From the IMG/VR virus record IMGVR_UViG_2706794669_000004: a DNA stretch of 10,325 nt. One strand, 5' to 3'. The DNA is from a virus (lineage: Duplodnaviria > Heunggongvirae > Uroviricota > Caudoviricetes). Positions 7,638-10,325 of the stretch are shown here, in pieces (the stretch's first letter is position 1; each line of letters opens with the position of its first letter). The notes beneath the pieces were generated by a model. The model was not told the DNA's origin, ran no database searches, and saw only the letters and a list, made by a program, of their open reading frames with translations. The position numbers and the translations under genes were made by a program.

Positions 7638-7662
7638 AATAAAAAACACGCTCGCGGCGTGT
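7638..7662 (-). terminator. tR'-like intrinsic terminator about 75 nt downstream of the late promoter
   Basis: Minus strand: ACACGC-CGCGA-GCGTGT hairpin (7646-7662) followed by TTTTTTATT (complement of 7638-7646). Confidence 0.55.
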
Positions 7663-7723
7663 GTCTGTCGCGGTCTCTATCCGGGGTTCCAATCCCGACG
7701 CCAGATTTTGCTGGCGCGTGAGG

Positions 7724-7753
7724 AATATAGCCCCGGACAATGTGTCTGGTCAA
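7724..7753 (-). promoter_or_regulatory. pR'-like late promoter immediately downstream of Q
   Basis: Minus strand, just after the Q stop: TTGACC (complement of 7748-7753), 17-18 nt spacer, CTATAT/TATATT (7724-7730). Confidence 0.5.
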
Positions 7754-7757
7754 GCAC

Positions 7758-8144
7758 CTACATAATTCGTTCTACGTATCTGTCCATCTCCAGCCGGATA
7801 TCAAGCATCATCAACATGCCATCAATAACCCCTTCCGCTTTCTGCAGGCGCTTGCCAATACAGGTATCCGAACACCCATGTTTCCGTGCCAGACTCATAA
7901 AAGTCATTCCACCTACGTAATAATCCACCAGCAAATCGTGCAAATCCTGATTTTTCTTGTTCAACCGGGCCATACAGCCACAAATTATCATTGCATCATC
8001 ATCAGAACACTGAGGGCGTGATTTCACTTTCGACGGAATTAACCCTTTAAAACCAGCAGCGATCGACGCCCAGGATACATCTTCATGAGTGTTTGCAGCC
8101 CAAGCCCCCCACCGTTCCATAACCTGCTGAATATCACGCGCCAT
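7758..8144 (-). CDS. Q: Late-gene antiterminator Q (short Q family)
   Basis: ATG at 8142-8144 with AGGTGAT upstream, product [61 protein letters not shown]...; resembles QuuD-type antiterminators as recalled; lies between rusA and a late-promoter/terminator pair. Confidence 0.85.
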   Translation of the reverse strand: MARDIQQVMERWGAWAANTHEDVSWASIAAGFKGLIPSKVKSRPQCSDDDAMIICGCMARLNKKNQDLHDLLVDYYVGGMTFMSLARKHGCSDTCIGKRLQKAEGVIDGMLMMLDIRLEMDRYVERIM

Positions 8145-8505
8145 CGTTATCACCTGTGATTTCATAAATCTTCACGCCCAGTCGCCCACCAGGAACGAGC
8201 TGACCGCGCACAATATTGATTTCATCAAACTGCTCGTCGTCTATGAGTAGTCCGGCATGCGTCAGCGCATCCAGTGGTGCTTTCAGGATATTGTCCAGGT
8301 CACGACGGCGCTTATCCGGTGGCTCTGCAATAATCTTTATCGCCAGCCTTCCGGACAGGTTTAATTTCAGCCGCTGCTGGCGAACAATTAGCGTCACATC
8401 ACGGCGATAACGCTCACCAACTTTTGATACAAAATATGTGCTGCCACGACGTCGCCAGTAAGTATTCACCGTCGGCGGATAAGGTAAAATAAACTCATGG
8501 CGCAT
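8134..8505 (-). CDS. rusA: Holliday-junction resolvase RusA
   Basis: 123-aa ORF, ATG at 8503-8505; conserved RusA core [30 protein letters not shown]; typical nin-region location upstream of Q. Confidence 0.9.
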   Translation of the reverse strand: MRHEFILPYPPTVNTYWRRRGSTYFVSKVGERYRRDVTLIVRQQRLKLNLSGRLAIKIIAEPPDKRRRDLDNILKAPLDALTHAGLLIDDEQFDEINIVRGQLVPGGRLGVKIYEITGDNDGA

Positions 8506-8762
8506 CAGCGCAGCACCTCCTGCACCATTTTTTCAAACTTTCCAACTTTGGTTTCCAGCTCTGCCACACAATCAACGAGCTCATCCACCGCTTTTTGTGC
8601 GCGATGTTTCGCCTGCATCAGTTCCCTGAGCGCTGGCACCATATCCCGACGAATGGCATCTTTTGTTACACCTGTTTTTTCCAGTTGTTCCGCCTGTCGC
8701 AACATTTCCTGCGCGTGTTTACGCAATTGTTCAGAGGTAAAAGTCATTGTCTGGTTGTTCAA
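8505..8762 (-). CDS. Hypothetical nin-region protein (about 80-85 aa, helical)
   Basis: ORF between helicase and rusA; stop overlaps rusA start (TGATG), suggesting translational coupling; start is either TTG at 8762 or ATG at 8747 (MTFTSEQLRK...). No recognisable domain. Confidence 0.55.
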   Translation of the reverse strand: MNNQTMTFTSEQLRKHAQEMLRQAEQLEKTGVTKDAIRRDMVPALRELMQAKHRAQKAVDELVDCVAELETKVGKFEKMVQEVLR

Positions 8763-10150
8763 AAGAAACGCTCCATCTTACTGCTGTCGGTACGTGTATT
8801 GCTGTATCTGCGCGGCTGGGGCTGCCGCATTGGGGTGGAAAGAACCTGTGCGCTTTCCTGGTCCACAGGCAGAAAATGTCCGTTATAAAAACGCCGGTAA
8901 ATCGTCCCCAGAGAACCGTTACGTTGTTTCGTGATATTAATTTCTGCTATGCCTGTAGCCTGTGTATCCGGGTTGTACACTTCATCCCTGTAAAGCATCA
9001 GAATGATGTCTGCATCCGCCTCTATTTCTCCGGAATTTTTCAGGTCTGAGTTCATGGGACGTTTATTGGGTCTGGACTCCACACCGCGGGAGAGCTGGCT
9101 CAGCGCAATCAACGGAAAACCACCGGATTTTGCCAGGCCTTTAAGCCCCTTTGAGATTTCACCCACGGCAAGGTCATGACGCCCCGTGGTTCGGGTTTTT
9201 ATCAGCCCGAGATAATCAACCACCACCAGCGCCGTTTCCGGATGTTTAATCAGATGGTGTTTCGTTGTTGCGCATATCTCATCAATGGTCAGGTTCGCCT
9301 GGTCCACCATCCAGATATTGCGCCCGGTCATCCGCCCCACCCCTTGTGAGAAACGCGCCCAGTCTTCATCTTCAAAGTGAGCCACAGATTTCAGGCGTGA
9401 TACTGGCATCCCTCCAGCCGCAGACACCATACGTTCACCAATCTGGATGTTCGCCATCTCCATGGTGAACAGAAGCACACCATGCCCCTGCTCAGTCACC
9501 TTGTCGATGATGTCCAGCGCAAGTTCGGTTTTCCCCATCGAAGGACGGGCGGCAATGAATACCAGGTCTCCGGGCTCCATACCGCCTGTTTTTGCGTCCA
9601 GTTCATCAATACCGGTCATCAACGTCCTGGATTTCTCCAGCCCCTGATTCCGGCATTCAACACGCTCAACCACTTCCGGAAGCACATCATCAATATGTAC
9701 CGGCTGAATGACGCCCTTTCCTGTCGACAGTGTGACCATCATGTTCTGCGCATCCTTCAGGGCATCTTCAGCTGCTTCACAGGTATGCGCATCACGTAAT
9801 TTCTGCAGCGCCTCATTCAGTGTTTTTTCTGCATCGCGCAGTGCGGCATTGCGCCGCAACGCTGCAACATAGTGCTCCAGTGAAGACTTCACCCAGGTTT
9901 TACGCCCGGTATCAGTAATCACCGGGGCAAGTTCCGGCATCTCATTACACAACAGCACGGGGTCAATCACTCCTGAAACACGGGCCTGTCTGCAGATGCC
10001 TGTGTAGATATCCCGATACGCTCGTACAGAAAAAATGTCCGCCGGTAGTGTGATCAGAATATCCATCACTTCATGATCTGCCCCACGCAGAAAGAATGCG
10101 CCAATGACAGCGCCTTCCAGGTCATCATTACGCCAGACTGGTGTTGTCAT
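8759..10150 (-). CDS. Replicative DNA helicase, DnaB family
   Basis: ATG at 10148-10150 with GAGGTG 8 nt upstream (MTTPVWRNDDLEGAVIGAF...); Walker A ARPSMGKT, DnaB C-terminal motifs (ALSQLSRGVESRPNKRPMNSDL, ADADIILMLYRDEVY). ORF-track start at 10291 is an in-frame extension into IS2. Confidence 0.9.
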   Translation of the reverse strand: MTTPVWRNDDLEGAVIGAFFLRGADHEVMDILITLPADIFSVRAYRDIYTGICRQARVSGVIDPVLLCNEMPELAPVITDTGRKTWVKSSLEHYVAALRRNAALRDAEKTLNEALQKLRDAHTCEAAEDALKDAQNMMVTLSTGKGVIQPVHIDDVLPEVVERVECRNQGLEKSRTLMTGIDELDAKTGGMEPGDLVFIAARPSMGKTELALDIIDKVTEQGHGVLLFTMEMANIQIGERMVSAAGGMPVSRLKSVAHFEDEDWARFSQGVGRMTGRNIWMVDQANLTIDEICATTKHHLIKHPETALVVVDYLGLIKTRTTGRHDLAVGEISKGLKGLAKSGGFPLIALSQLSRGVESRPNKRPMNSDLKNSGEIEADADIILMLYRDEVYNPDTQATGIAEINITKQRNGSLGTIYRRFYNGHFLPVDQESAQVLSTPMRQPQPRRYSNTRTDSSKMERFF

Positions 10151-10254
10151 GCAGCCACACCTCTGATACAAGAACGGTAGCTGGGCCAGTTGAACGACAA
10201 CCAGTTGCGCCCCCCGTCTGTGATCCTGTCGGCAATGCGGGGGCTGATGAACGC
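10147..10254 (-). pseudogene. 3' remnant of the gene upstream of the helicase (probable replication initiator or helicase loader), cut by IS2
   Basis: An open frame runs from the IS2 boundary to a TGA overlapping the helicase ATG (ATGA): ...AFISPRIADRITDGGRNWLSFNWPSYRSCIRGVAA-stop. Function not recognisable from 35 residues. Confidence 0.3.
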
Positions 10255-10325
10255 TGGATTTGCCCCTATATTTCCAGACACCTGTTATCACTTAACCCAT
10301 TACTGGCTTGCTGCCGTAGATATTC
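10255..10325 (-). mobile_element. Terminal repeat of a second IS2 copy, continuing beyond the window; opposite orientation to the 5151 fragment
   Basis: TGGATTTGCCCCTATATTTCCAGACACCTGTTATCACTTAACCCATTAC matches the IS2 right end as recalled and shares the CCAGACA..TATCACTTAA core with 5171-5193. That it is a second copy in opposite orientation is inferred from which terminus faces the window. Confidence 0.8.

Noticed and set aside
7381-7753. Two minus-strand ORFs of 74-76 aa in the late leader between Q and the ORF6N-like gene
   Set aside because: They overlap the promoter and terminator signals, lack ribosome-binding sites, and have Pro/Gly/Arg-rich low-complexity products typical of chance ORFs in GC-rich leaders.
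8497-9049. Plus-strand ORFs of 97-145 aa overlapping the helicase and small nin ORF
   Set aside because: Antisense to well-supported genes; Cys/Ser-rich low-complexity products; no start-site signals.
10151-10291. N-terminal 47-residue extension of the helicase ORF (track start at 10291)
   Set aside because: The extension runs into the IS2 terminal repeat and has no ribosome-binding site; the ATG at 10150 has a GAGGTG Shine-Dalgarno and begins a DnaB-like N-terminus.

Overview
This window is a segment of a lambdoid, HK97-like enterobacterial prophage, encoded almost entirely on the minus strand in canonical order (reading from high to low coordinate): DnaB-type replicative helicase, small nin-region ORF, RusA resolvase, Q antiterminator, late promoter and terminator, an ORF6N-like accessory gene, a four-gene tRNA cluster (Ile-CAU, Arg-UCU, Thr-UGU, Gly-UCC), a phage-21-type lysis cassette (SAR endolysin R, Rz with embedded Rz1), HNH endonuclease, terminase small and large subunits, and portal. 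Two IS2 copies interrupt it. One is a 5'-truncated-in-place fragment (5151-5780) sitting where the pinholin gene should be, leaving only its last ~7 codons fused to the R start. The other begins at 10255 in opposite orientation, runs off the window, and cuts the gene upstream of the helicase. The element therefore looks like a degraded, probably lysis- and replication-defective prophage. I did not find a convincing novel defence or toxin system. The items most worth a second look are the IS2-disrupted lysis module, the 433-bp non-coding stretch with palindromes between the IS2 fragment and the tRNAs, the unusual tRNA set, and the GC-rich hairpin between HNH and terS (candidate cos region). All calls are from reading the sequence and recalled family knowledge; no database search was run. 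The ORF track appears to use TTG/GTG as well as ATG starts, so several starts were re-set by hand.
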